Assembly: GCA_964638295.1 (NCBI GenBank)
Contig: CAZWYS010000001.1
Coordinates: 2,144-66,143, forward strand
Direction: 5' to 3'
DNA length: 64,000 nt
Origin: an uncultured Dehalococcoidaceae bacterium
GTDB lineage: Bacteria > Chloroflexota > Dehalococcoidia > Dehalococcoidales > RBG-16-60-22
Shown here: piece after piece, positions 53,005 through 62,264 of the stretch
Numbering within the stretch: the first letter of the stretch is position 1
How the letters are laid out: every line of letters starts with the position of its first letter
The notes under the pieces: generated by a model
What the model saw: only the letters and a program-made list of their open reading frames with translations
Databases searched by the model: none
What the model was told of the DNA's origin: nothing
Translations under genes and position numbers: made by a program

Positions 53005-54159
53005 ATGCGAATCACTGATTTACGCGTCTTCCCAACCCAGGGCGGACATGCCAACTGGACCTTCGTCAAAATCTACACTGATAGCGGACTTACCGGTGTT
53101 GGCGAAGCCAGCCTCGAGCGCTTCAACGATGTGGTCATCAAAGCTCTGGAGTCATTCAAGGACTTTCTGGTCGGCAAAGACCCCTTCCAGATTGAATACA
53201 TCTGGAACGCCCTCTATAAGTCGACATTCTGGCACGGTCAACTCATTATACTAACTGCCCTGAGCGCCGTGGAACAGGCGCTGTGGGATATCAAAGGCAA
53301 AGCGCTGGGTGTGCCCATCTACGAACTGCTGGGTGGTAAACTGCGGGACAAAGTAAGGGCTTACGCCAATGCCTGGGCTTTCCAGCACGTGGTTACCGAA
53401 CTGACGGCTGAAGATACCCCGGAATCCATAGCACAGAACGCCCAGAAGATGGTAGCCAAGGGCTTTACCGCCATGAAGTGGGACCCCTTTCGCAGTGGTG
53501 GTCAAGTCATACCCAGGAGCGAGGAGGAGTTCGCCATCGCCTGTGTCAGGACGGTACGGGAGGCAGTAGGCCCCTCGGTTGACCTGCTCATTGAATGCCA
53601 CGGACGCTTCAATATGCTGAGCGCCATCCGTATGGCCCAGAAACTGGAACCTTTTGACCCCTTCTTCTATGAAGAGCCCGTCCCGCCCGATAATATTGAC
53701 GCCATGGCTGAAGTACAGCGAGCCATTAACCTGCCCATCGCCACCGGGGAACGCCTCTACACCCGCTGGGACTTTCGTCCCCTTTTTGAGAAGCAGGCAG
53801 CGCGCATCATCCAGCCTGACATCTGCCATACTGGTGGCATACTGGAACTGAAAAAGATTGCGGCGATGGCTGAGACCTACTACGTTACCGTCCAACCCCA
53901 CAACTCCAATGGCCCCATCTCCACGGTTGCCAGCCTGCAGCTGGATGCCTGCATCCCCAACTTCATCTTTCAAGAGTTCTTCTTTCCCTACCTTGAACTC
54001 TACAACAATATGCTCACCGAGCCGATTAAGTACCAGGATGGCTATCTGGAAATTCCCACCGGCCCCGGCCTGGGCACCGACATACGAGAAGAGTTTATCC
54101 TCAAGCGACCTCCAGTACCCCAGCCCCACCTGGCCACCTGGATTGGCTCCTACTGGTAG
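53005..54159 (+). CDS. enolase-superfamily enzyme (mandelate racemase / galactonate dehydratase-like)
   Basis: 384 aa. MRITDL..F......W.FVKI.TD.GLTG.GE, ALWDIKGKALGVP.YELLGG. Confidence 0.85.
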   Translation: MRITDLRVFPTQGGHANWTFVKIYTDSGLTGVGEASLERFNDVVIKALESFKDFLVGKDPFQIEYIWNALYKSTFWHGQLIILTALSAVEQALWDIKGKALGVPIYELLGGKLRDKVRAYANAWAFQHVVTELTAEDTPESIAQNAQKMVAKGFTAMKWDPFRSGGQVIPRSEEEFAIACVRTVREAVGPSVDLLIECHGRFNMLSAIRMAQKLEPFDPFFYEEPVPPDNIDAMAEVQRAINLPIATGERLYTRWDFRPLFEKQAARIIQPDICHTGGILELKKIAAMAETYYVTVQPHNSNGPISTVASLQLDACIPNFIFQEFFFPYLELYNNMLTEPIKYQDGYLEIPTGPGLGTDIREEFILKRPPVPQPHLATWIGSYW

Positions 54160-54200
54160 CGGCAAATAAAGCGCCAGCAGGAGCAGAAGGAGGTTAAACG

Positions 54201-54959
54201 ATGGCATACGAAAATTTAATCTACAAAAAGGAAAACGGTATCGCCCGGATAACCATCAACCGGCCTGAAGCAATGAACGCCATCAGCCCGGCGCTTCTCT
54301 TCGAACTCAAAGCCGCTCTGGAAGAGGCGGGAAAAGATAACGATGTAAGGGTAATAGTGCTTACCGGAGAAGGCCGCGCCTTTTCCGCCGGGGTAGACCT
54401 GAAATCTCTGGGCGACCGCAAACTGGAAGGAGGGCGCGTCGGCCCGATACTTGATGACCCCGCCAAGGATGTTATTGACACCATTCAGACTGTTCCCAAA
54501 GTTGTCATCGCTATGGTCAACGGCTACTGCTTCACCGGCGCACTGGAAATTGTCCTCGGTTGCGACCTGATTATCGCCTCAGAAGAAGCCAGGTTCGGTG
54601 ATACCCATACCCGCTGGGGCCTCCGACCCAGCTGGGGCATGAGCCAGCGCTTGCCGTGGCTTGTCGGAGTACTGAAAGCCAAAGAATTATCCCTCACTGC
54701 CGAAATAATTACCGCCCGGGAGGCGGAACGCATCGGTTTGGTCAATATGGCAGTCCCCGCCGAAAAACTGCGGGAGACAGTGCAGGAGCTGGCCGGGAAA
54801 ATAATGGCTAACAGCCCAGAAGCCGTTGCCGCCGTTAAGTACCTATATAACCGCAGCCTGAAAGACATACTGGCCAAGGGCCTGGAACTGGAAGCCAAGA
54901 GCGAGTTTACCATTGGAGACACCGAGGAAAGACTGGGCCAGTTCCGAAAGAAGGACTGA
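54201..54959 (+). CDS. enoyl-CoA hydratase/isomerase (crotonase) family protein
   Basis: 252 aa. ITINRPEAMNA, LTGEGRAFSAGVDL, NGYCFTGALE. Confidence 0.9.
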   Translation: MAYENLIYKKENGIARITINRPEAMNAISPALLFELKAALEEAGKDNDVRVIVLTGEGRAFSAGVDLKSLGDRKLEGGRVGPILDDPAKDVIDTIQTVPKVVIAMVNGYCFTGALEIVLGCDLIIASEEARFGDTHTRWGLRPSWGMSQRLPWLVGVLKAKELSLTAEIITAREAERIGLVNMAVPAEKLRETVQELAGKIMANSPEAVAAVKYLYNRSLKDILAKGLELEAKSEFTIGDTEERLGQFRKKD

Positions 54960-55033
54960 AAAAGAAAATAATTAAATGATACCTGGAAATCTGGTAGTCG
55001 CCGCGTATCAATTAAATAGGAAGGAGGGGGACA

Positions 55034-56161
55034 ATGGACTTTAACCTGACGGAAGAGCAGCTAATGCTGCAGGCAACGGTCAGAGAATTTACCGGGCGAG
55101 AAATCGAACCGATAGCCGCCCAAATCGACCGCGAAGGCAGGCTCCCCGACGACCTGATTAAGAAGATGGCGCAAATTGGACTATTCGGAATGACAATCCC
55201 GAAGCAGTACGGTGGCACCGAAGCGGGGAATCTGAGCTGTGTCCTGGCTTGCGAACAGCTTGCCTATCCCGGGACCGGGGCCTGGTGGCTGGTTGGCTTT
55301 AACAACAGCATACCTGAGTGTATTGCCCACTTCGGCTCGGAGGAAATGAAAAGAAAATATATCCCGCCACTCTGCGATGGCACGGCTTATTCCAGCATCC
55401 AGTTCACTGAAGAAGAGACCGGCTCGGACCCCGAGGCACTCATCACCACCGCCACTCCTGACGGAGATAGCTACGTAATAAATGGTATGAAGCGTTTCAG
55501 CAGCTTCGGCGCGCGGAATGGTTACGCCGTGCTCTACACCAAAGACGACAACGGAGAGTGCACTACCTTTGTCGTCGAAAAAAATACCAAAGGCTATACC
55601 GCCCCGAAGGTCTGGGAGCTGATGGGGGGAGGTGGCATGGAAGCTGCCGATGTCTATTTCGACAATATGCAGGTGCCCAGAGAAAATCTGCTCGGCGAAA
55701 AAGGCAAAGGTTTTGAGGTATTGCTGTACTGGATTGCCTCGGAAAAGATAGAGCAGTGCGCCGCCTGTGTGGGAATCGCCCAGGCTGCCCTGGATGAAGC
55801 CATAAAATACGCCAGGTCAAGAATGGCGAGAGGAAAACCAATCTCAGCTATGCAGGGCGTCCGCTGGATGCTGGCTGAAATGCAGGCCAGAATAGAGGCA
55901 GCCAGATGGCTCACCTACCGGGTTGCCTTTCTCCAGGACCAGGAATCACCGGACTGGATGACCGAGGCAGCGGCGGTTAAATTATTTGTCGTGCCCGCCA
56001 CACTTGAGGTGACCGAGATGGCCAGGCGAGTCCACGGAGCCTATGGCTATACTAAAGAATTCAAAATAGAAAGACTGTATCGAGCCATAGCTGGAGCTTC
56101 CGGGGTTGCCACCACGCTTGAGATAAACCGGTCAATAGTCGGTGCTTCACTGGTAAGGTAA
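55034..56161 (+). CDS. acyl-CoA dehydrogenase family protein
   Basis: 375 aa. Typical N/M/C-domain ACAD pattern with FTEEETGSD and YRVAFL..AAA.KLF. Confidence 0.9.
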   Translation: MDFNLTEEQLMLQATVREFTGREIEPIAAQIDREGRLPDDLIKKMAQIGLFGMTIPKQYGGTEAGNLSCVLACEQLAYPGTGAWWLVGFNNSIPECIAHFGSEEMKRKYIPPLCDGTAYSSIQFTEEETGSDPEALITTATPDGDSYVINGMKRFSSFGARNGYAVLYTKDDNGECTTFVVEKNTKGYTAPKVWELMGGGGMEAADVYFDNMQVPRENLLGEKGKGFEVLLYWIASEKIEQCAACVGIAQAALDEAIKYARSRMARGKPISAMQGVRWMLAEMQARIEAARWLTYRVAFLQDQESPDWMTEAAAVKLFVVPATLEVTEMARRVHGAYGYTKEFKIERLYRAIAGASGVATTLEINRSIVGASLVR

Positions 56162-56260
56162 ATAAACAGGGTAGGTTAAGCAAAGAAACCACCTATTTCA
56201 ACCATTGTGCTATTTTAATTTATCTGTTAGAATAAAACCCGAATTCAAGGTTGTGCTTAG

Positions 56261-56569
56261 ATGAAACCGAAAGAAAAGGCAATCATCCTCAATGCCAGGG
56301 ATAACGTAGCCACCGCTTTGACTGATTTGAAAGCAGGAACCAGCCTTGAGCTGGACACTGGCGACAAACTGCTAACCGTAAAACTAACCTCGGCGGTGCC
56401 CTTCGGCCACAAGTTCAGCCTGGCTCACCTGGAGTCCGGAGCCCCGGTCATCAAATACGGCGAGGTAATTGGCACAGCCACCAGTGCCATCAATAAAGGG
56501 GATTATGTGCACGTTCACGATGTCGCCAGCACCCGGGGACAAAGCAAACCAGCAGGAGGTGCCAAATAA
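56261..56569 (+). CDS. UxaA/GarD-family dehydratase, small SAF-domain subunit (copy 2)
   Basis: 102 aa. DNVATALTDLKAG..GHKFSL..L..GAPVIKYGEVIG.AT..INKGDYVHVH. Confidence 0.8.
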   Translation: MKPKEKAIILNARDNVATALTDLKAGTSLELDTGDKLLTVKLTSAVPFGHKFSLAHLESGAPVIKYGEVIGTATSAINKGDYVHVHDVASTRGQSKPAGGAK

Positions 56570-57723
56570 GCTTTCTCGGTTATCACCGCCCGGATGGTTC
56601 AATAGGTGTCCGTAACTACGTTGGTGTAATCTCCACGGTTAGCTGCGCCAACGATGTAGCTTACTGGATAGCTCAGCAAATCAAGGGGACAGCCCCTTTC
56701 CTCCACCCCGCCGGCTGCGGCCAGTTGCAACCCGACCTGGAGATAGTGACTCGCACGCTCACTTCTCTGGGGCAGAACCCCAATTTAGCCGGTGTTCTGC
56801 TGGTAAGCCTGGGATGCGAAGGCGTACCGGCCGACCAAATCGCCGAGGATATTGCCCGGACGGGTAAACGGGTGGAAAAAATAGTTATTCAGAAAGCCGG
56901 GGCGACCGTTGCCCTGAATGAAGGCATCCTGTTAGCCCAGGCCATGGTCGGTGAGGCATCTAAATTAAGGAAAGAAGAATTTGACGACTCACACCTGGTG
57001 ATAGGGGTCAAATGCGGCGGCTCTGATACCACCTCGGGGCTGGCTTCAAATCCAGCGGTGGGTGCCGTCTGCGACCTAGTGATTGAGAAGGGAGGCACCT
57101 GTATCTTTGGCGAAACCACCGAGTTTTTGGGTGCCGAACATATACTGGTCCGCCGCGCCGTCAACCAGCGGGTAGCGGACAAAATTCTGGACATCGTGGA
57201 CCGTATGGAGAAGCGAGCTATCGCCAGGGGTGGAGACATGAGGGGTGGGCAGCCGAGCGCCGGCAACATTGCCGGAGGCCTGACCACTATTGAGGAGAAA
57301 TCGCTGGGCGCCATCGCCAAAGGTGGCACCAAAACCATTCAGGACGTCTATGAATATGGAGACCGGGTCCAGGGCAAAGGCCTGTTCATCGTTGACTCTC
57401 CAGGCAGAGAACCTGAGTTTCTCACCGCTCTGGGAGCAGCCGGCGCCCAGGTTGCCCTCTTCTCCACGGGACTGGGCGTCCCTCAGGGTTTCCCCTTTAT
57501 GCCGGTAATCAAGGTAACCGGCAACCCGGTTACCTTCAAGAGACTGCCAGACCACATTGACATTCTTGTCGAGCTAACCCGGGGCAAAGGCTCCGGCCTG
57601 CCGGAGCTCGGGCAAAGAATATATCGTGAAGTGCTGGAAGTAGCCTCAGGCAAGCAAACCAAAGCCGAAATCCTCGGCTACGGTAACTTCCCCGGCCTCT
57701 ATACCATCGGCCCCATAGTATAG
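56566..57723 (+). CDS. UxaA/GarD-family dehydratase, large subunit (copy 2), apparently starting at a non-canonical ATA
   Basis: The frame is open from 56497. Residues (I)SFLGYHRPDGSIGVRNYVGVIS.. align with the copy-1 N-terminus MEFLGYERPDGSVGVRNHVAVIS... There is no ATG/GTG/TTG before TTG 56725. AGGAGG (56554-56559) lies 6 nt before ATA 56566. Confidence 0.75.
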   Translation: MSFLGYHRPDGSIGVRNYVGVISTVSCANDVAYWIAQQIKGTAPFLHPAGCGQLQPDLEIVTRTLTSLGQNPNLAGVLLVSLGCEGVPADQIAEDIARTGKRVEKIVIQKAGATVALNEGILLAQAMVGEASKLRKEEFDDSHLVIGVKCGGSDTTSGLASNPAVGAVCDLVIEKGGTCIFGETTEFLGAEHILVRRAVNQRVADKILDIVDRMEKRAIARGGDMRGGQPSAGNIAGGLTTIEEKSLGAIAKGGTKTIQDVYEYGDRVQGKGLFIVDSPGREPEFLTALGAAGAQVALFSTGLGVPQGFPFMPVIKVTGNPVTFKRLPDHIDILVELTRGKGSGLPELGQRIYREVLEVASGKQTKAEILGYGNFPGLYTIGPIV

Positions 57724-57836
57724 AAATTAACTTAATTTTTATTGATAAAAACCTTCTATTATAGTGGAACAATTGTCCGGAAGAACTGGTAATACCCACT
57801 GTGATATTTATTATGCGTATTTTATTGTTGTCAAGG

Positions 57837-57865
57837 TAGACATATAGGTTCATTTTGGTTAGAAT
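57837..57865 (+). promoter_or_regulatory. promoter candidate upstream of the second NHL gene
   Basis: TAGACA, 17-nt spacer, TAGAAT. Confidence 0.3.
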
Positions 57866-57932
57866 AGTTCTAGCCCGGATGAAAATATCTGGGAAAATAG
57901 AAATCTATGAGCAAAAGGAGAAAAATAGGAGT

Positions 57933-58916
57933 ATGACTTTAGGTTCTGGTAAATTCAGGTACGAAATAGCTGAGGGCTGGGGACAACTGCCCGAGGGTTG
58001 GGGCATGGTGGATGGCTGCGCCGTAGCCGTGGACTCACAAGATAGGGTTTACGTCATTAATAGAGGCGAGCATCCGGTTATTATTTTCGACCGGGACGGC
58101 AAATTTCTGACTTCATGGGGAGAAGGATTATTCAAGACGACCCACGGGATTCGTATCGATGCTGATGGTTTGGTATACTGCACGGACATGGGAGACCATA
58201 CCGTAAGGAAGTTCACTGCCGAAGGCAAACTTCTAATGACGCTGGGAAACGAAAATAAGCCGTCGGATACCGGTACTATTGAAGAAGATTACAGAAAAGT
58301 GAAACGGGGCGGCCCTCCTTTCAATATGCCTACGGATACCGCATTTGCACCCTCGGGTGAATTCTATGTTTCTGATGGGTATGCTAATGCACGGGTGCAT
58401 AAGTTTTCGCCAGACGGTAAACTATTATTCTCATGGGGAGAACCGGGCGATGGGCCTGGACAGTTCAATCTCCCCCACAACATATGCGTGGACAAGCGCG
58501 GTACCGTCTACGTAGCTGACCGCGAGAATAGCCGCATCCAGCTCTTCACCCCAAACGGGGAATTTATCACTCAATGGACCGACGTTACTCGTCCTGACGG
58601 GATATACCTGGGCGCCGATGATAACTTCTATGTTGCTGAACTTGGCTACCGTTATGGTCTCTACCCATGGTTTCCAGCTCCTACTCCGGAATCACCTTTG
58701 CCATGTGTGAGCGTGTGGAACCTTAATAAAGAACTGCTGGTGCGCTGGGGAGGGGCGGATAGTTGCTCACCCGGCAATTTTGCCTCCCCACACGGTATAT
58801 GCGTGGATTCCCGAGGTGACCTGTATGTAAGCGAAGTGAACTTTTCAGCGGGCGGTAATGAAGGTCTTATACCTCCCGGCTGTCACCTGCTGCAGAAGTT
58901 TATCAGAATAACTTAG
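57933..58916 (+). CDS. NHL-repeat beta-propeller protein (copy 2)
   Basis: 327 aa from ATG 57933 (TAGGAG upstream; ORF-track start is 57855). Colinear with 34811..35752 (e.g. YVSDGYANARVHKFSPDGKLLFSWGEPG). Confidence 0.8.
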   Translation: MTLGSGKFRYEIAEGWGQLPEGWGMVDGCAVAVDSQDRVYVINRGEHPVIIFDRDGKFLTSWGEGLFKTTHGIRIDADGLVYCTDMGDHTVRKFTAEGKLLMTLGNENKPSDTGTIEEDYRKVKRGGPPFNMPTDTAFAPSGEFYVSDGYANARVHKFSPDGKLLFSWGEPGDGPGQFNLPHNICVDKRGTVYVADRENSRIQLFTPNGEFITQWTDVTRPDGIYLGADDNFYVAELGYRYGLYPWFPAPTPESPLPCVSVWNLNKELLVRWGGADSCSPGNFASPHGICVDSRGDLYVSEVNFSAGGNEGLIPPGCHLLQKFIRIT

Positions 58917-58944
58917 TGGTAATACCTTCCGTTGGCATTAATTA

Positions 58945-58980
58945 CCCCCTCCCATTTGGGAGGGGGATCCTATTGTGTTG
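58945..58980 (+). terminator. rho-independent terminator candidate
   Basis: CCCCCTCCC-attt-GGGAGGGGG (58945-58966, perfect 9-bp GC stem) followed by a T-containing tail. Lies 29 nt after the NHL stop. Confidence 0.6.
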
Positions 58981-59156
58981 AGACATCCAAATATTTAGGA
59001 CATGCTTGGTGTTCTCCAACAAGATCATTCTCTTTTTCCTCGTCATTTAAAGGAAGCCTGCACTTGCCACCGTTTTTAGGGGAGCAAATCAGAGGTAACA
59101 ATCGCTTGGATTGTTAGATAACGATTGCTTGATGTCTTTCTTACAAGAAAAAAACC

Positions 59157-59184
59157 TTGCAAAATAATTGCATTGTGCTATTAT
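59157..59184 (+). promoter_or_regulatory. promoter candidate abutting the oxidoreductase operon start
   Basis: TTGCAA, 16-nt spacer, TATTAT. The -10 box ends only 9 nt before ATG 59194. Confidence 0.35.
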
Positions 59185-59193
59185 GGAGAAGCA

Positions 59194-59757
59194 ATGAGCC
59201 GTAATGTGCCTGTCGAAGAGGTGCGTTGGCACGGCAGGGGTGGACAGGGGGCTGTCCTGGGAGCCAGTATCCTGGGTGCCGCCGCCGCCCTTTACGAAGG
59301 TAAATATGCCGTATCATTCCCTAGTTTCGGTGCCGAACGGCGCGGCGCTCCGGTTCAGGCTTTTACCCGCATTGCCGACCATGTTATCCGCAGTCGCAGT
59401 CAGATCTATCACCCGACGAAAATCATCGTCCTGGATGACACTTTGCTTGATGTCGTCAACGTTACCGATGGAGCCCAGGCCGGAAGCGCTATCTTCATCA
59501 ATACCCGTAAGTCCACCTCAGAACTAGCTCTCCCCGGTTCCCTCAACGTTGTTAATCTGGATGCTTCGGCTATCGCCAGGGACATTATCGGCGTCGCCAT
59601 CGTTAACACCACCATGCTGGGTGCCCTGGCGGGAGCTACTGCCCTCGTTAGCCTGGATGCAATCAAGAAGGCAATTACCAATGCTTTACCGGAGAAAATA
59701 GCCAGACCTAACATCGCTGCCGCCGAGGCAGCTTACCAGAAAGTTAAAGGTAAATGA
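59194..59757 (+). CDS. 2-oxoacid:ferredoxin oxidoreductase gamma subunit
   Basis: 187 aa from ATG 59194. EVRWHGRGGQGAV motif. Confidence 0.85.
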   Translation: MSRNVPVEEVRWHGRGGQGAVLGASILGAAAALYEGKYAVSFPSFGAERRGAPVQAFTRIADHVIRSRSQIYHPTKIIVLDDTLLDVVNVTDGAQAGSAIFINTRKSTSELALPGSLNVVNLDASAIARDIIGVAIVNTTMLGALAGATALVSLDAIKKAITNALPEKIARPNIAAAEAAYQKVKGK

Positions 59758-60032
59758 AAAAAGAGAGGTCAATCCCGGGCCCGGTATCGAAAGCCGGAAC
59801 CATACCCACCAAAATGGGTAGCTGGAGCACGGTCAAACCAGTGCTCAAAGGCAAGTGCACTTTCTGTCTCTTTTGCTGGATTTTCTGCCCCGAGGGTGCC
59901 ATCATCCAGGATGAGGCAAACAGAAAAGTGCTCTTTAACTATGAAGAATGCAAGGGCTGCGGCATCTGCGCCAGGGAATGTCCGACCAGAGCAATAGAAA
60001 TGGCTGAACCTGAGTTGGGAGGAGACAAGTAA
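59754..60032 (+). CDS. 2-oxoacid:ferredoxin oxidoreductase delta subunit (2x[4Fe-4S] ferredoxin)
   Basis: 92 aa. CxxCxxCxxxCP-type boxes CTFCLFCWIFCP and CKGCGICARECP. Confidence 0.85.
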   Translation: MKKERSIPGPVSKAGTIPTKMGSWSTVKPVLKGKCTFCLFCWIFCPEGAIIQDEANRKVLFNYEECKGCGICARECPTRAIEMAEPELGGDK

Positions 60033-61210
60033 TGTCCGCCAGAACGCCGGTAAAGAAATATATCACCGCCAATGAAGCGGTAGCCCACGCCGCCAGACTG
60101 GCTCGCGTCGAGGTGGTCGCCGCCTATCCGGTGACGCCGCAGACCACCATTGTCGAAAAAATCGCCAGCTTAATTGCCAACGGAGAAATGGATGCCGATT
60201 TTCTCAAGGTTGAATCGGAGCATTCATCCCTGACTGCCTGCATGGGAGCCCGTATGGCTGGAGCACGCGCCTTCACTTCCACATCGTCACAGGGGTTAGA
60301 GTACATGCATGAAATGCTCGCCTACGTCAGCGGCGGCCGCTATCCATTAGTCCTGGTCAATGTGTGCCGCTCGGTTGCCTTGCCCTGGAGCATCTGGGGA
60401 GACCAGCAGGATGCCATCCAGCAGCGGGATACCGGCTGGATTCAAATCTTCACCGAGACCGGACAGGAAGCTCTGGATATGGTTCTCCAGGCTTACCGCA
60501 TTGCTGAAGACCACCGCATACTGCTGCCGGTGATGATATGCCTTGATGGCTTCATCCAGTCCCACACGGAGGAGCTGGTGGAAATCCCGGACCAGGCTGT
60601 GGTTGATTCATTCCTGCCCCCCTATGACCCGGTCGTTACCCTGGATGTGGACAACCCCTACTCCATATCCGTCGGTGGCTTCGGCAAGCACTATGCCCGC
60701 TGGCGTAAGGAGCAACAAGACGCTGCGGAGAAAGCCAGCGAGGTCATCGCCGAGATAGGCGATGAGTTTGCCCGTATCTTCGGTCGTCACTACGGAGGTC
60801 TGATAGAACCGTACCGCTGCGAGGGTGCAGAAGCTGTTATACTGATGCTCGGCGCTTTGACCGGGACAGCCCGCGAGGTCGTGGACGGGATGCGTGCCGA
60901 CGGCAAAGCCGTTGGCTTAATCAAGGTAAGGGCTTATCGCCCCTTCCCCGTCCAGCAGTTACGACAGGCACTCTCTCAGGTTAGGTCAGCAGCCATACTG
61001 GATAGAGATTGCTCATGGGGATATGAAGGAGCGCTGGCAACCGACCTGAAGGCGGCTATTTATGCTCTGCCCAACCCGCCAACCATATTAAATTTCATCG
61101 GTGGACTGGGTGGCTCCGATGTACCGCCTGAGCAAATGAAATATATGCTGGACAAGGCTCTGGCAACGAAAAGGGGAGCTCCGTCAAGCATGGAGTTTAT
61201 CGGCTTATGA
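60032..61210 (+). CDS. 2-oxoacid:ferredoxin oxidoreductase alpha subunit
   Basis: 392 aa. GNEAVAHAA....V.AAYP.TPQT pattern. Confidence 0.9.
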   Translation: MSARTPVKKYITANEAVAHAARLARVEVVAAYPVTPQTTIVEKIASLIANGEMDADFLKVESEHSSLTACMGARMAGARAFTSTSSQGLEYMHEMLAYVSGGRYPLVLVNVCRSVALPWSIWGDQQDAIQQRDTGWIQIFTETGQEALDMVLQAYRIAEDHRILLPVMICLDGFIQSHTEELVEIPDQAVVDSFLPPYDPVVTLDVDNPYSISVGGFGKHYARWRKEQQDAAEKASEVIAEIGDEFARIFGRHYGGLIEPYRCEGAEAVILMLGALTGTAREVVDGMRADGKAVGLIKVRAYRPFPVQQLRQALSQVRSAAILDRDCSWGYEGALATDLKAAIYALPNPPTILNFIGGLGGSDVPPEQMKYMLDKALATKRGAPSSMEFIGL

Positions 61211-62064
61211 AACTGAAAGAAGTCCCTAAAGAAGAATTATTTCGCTGCTCCTACGGCTGTGCCGGTTGTGCCTCGGTTCTTGCCGTGCGCCTCACTCTAA
61301 AGGTGCTGGGGAAAAACAGCGTTTTTATCCTGCCCGCAAGCTGCATCAGCACCGTGTCCTGTTACTATCCTCAGGCACCGTTTTTCGTGCCGATGACCGT
61401 TATGGCTTTCGCCGCCACCGCGGCGGCCTGTTCCGGCGTCAGCGCCGGTTTCAAGCGGCGGGGACGAGAAGACATCCATGTTGTCGGCTTCGCCGGAGAC
61501 GGTGGAACGGCAGACATCGGGATTCAGTCCCTCTCCGGTGCTATTGACTGCGGCAACAAGTTTATCTACATCTGCTACGATAACGAGGCTTACATGAATA
61601 CCGGCATCCAGAGAAGCGGCCTGACTCCCTACGGCGCTACCACCACCACTACCCCCGCCCCCTGCTTTGAAAACAGGCCTAAAAAAGACATGCTGCGCAT
61701 CGTGGCTGCCCACGATATTCCCTATGCCGCCACCGCCTGTATATCCTACCCGCTGGACTATATGCAGAAGGTGGCAAAGGCGAGCAAGGTGAACGGCCCC
61801 ACCTACATTCATATCCTGGTGCCGTGCCCCACCGGATGGGGTTTTCCACCCGACCGCTCCATTGAGATTGGCCGCATGGCGGTTGAGAGTGGTATGTGGA
61901 AGCTGATGGAATTTGAAAACGGTGAATTTCACACCACCTATCAGCCAAGCCGTAAGCGACCAGTTGCCGAGTACTTTGCAACTCAGACTCGTTTCCGCCA
62001 CCTCAGCCCGGAGCAGATTGAAACCATCCAGCATGAAATTGACCGTAAACAAGAAGTTGAATAG
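61207..62064 (+). CDS. 2-oxoacid:ferredoxin oxidoreductase beta subunit (TPP-binding)
   Basis: 285 aa. CAGCG Cys cluster and GFAGDGGTADIG..YDNEAYMNTG TPP motif. Confidence 0.9.
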   Translation: MKLKEVPKEELFRCSYGCAGCASVLAVRLTLKVLGKNSVFILPASCISTVSCYYPQAPFFVPMTVMAFAATAAACSGVSAGFKRRGREDIHVVGFAGDGGTADIGIQSLSGAIDCGNKFIYICYDNEAYMNTGIQRSGLTPYGATTTTTPAPCFENRPKKDMLRIVAAHDIPYAATACISYPLDYMQKVAKASKVNGPTYIHILVPCPTGWGFPPDRSIEIGRMAVESGMWKLMEFENGEFHTTYQPSRKRPVAEYFATQTRFRHLSPEQIETIQHEIDRKQEVE

Positions 62065-62264
62065 GCCATAAACTATCTAAAAGGCGCTTAGGTTATCTTC
62101 CAGCGCTGTTACGGCTAATTTCACGTTTTCATTGAAAAAGAGATATAATACATAGTCTGAGTCCTTGACAAATCTAGATTGGCTATCAAAATTATATACT
62201 GCTCACCCGGGCTAATCTGGCTAATGAGCAGAGATTCTGATAATTTGACAGGGAAGGAGAAATC

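Noticed and set aside
53251-54207. 318-aa ORF on the minus strand spanning almost the whole enolase-superfamily gene
   Set aside because: It is antisense to a gene with clear family motifs. Its translation is low-complexity (G/A/L/V-rich) with no recognisable motif and no SD. This is a typical shadow ORF of GC-balanced coding DNA.
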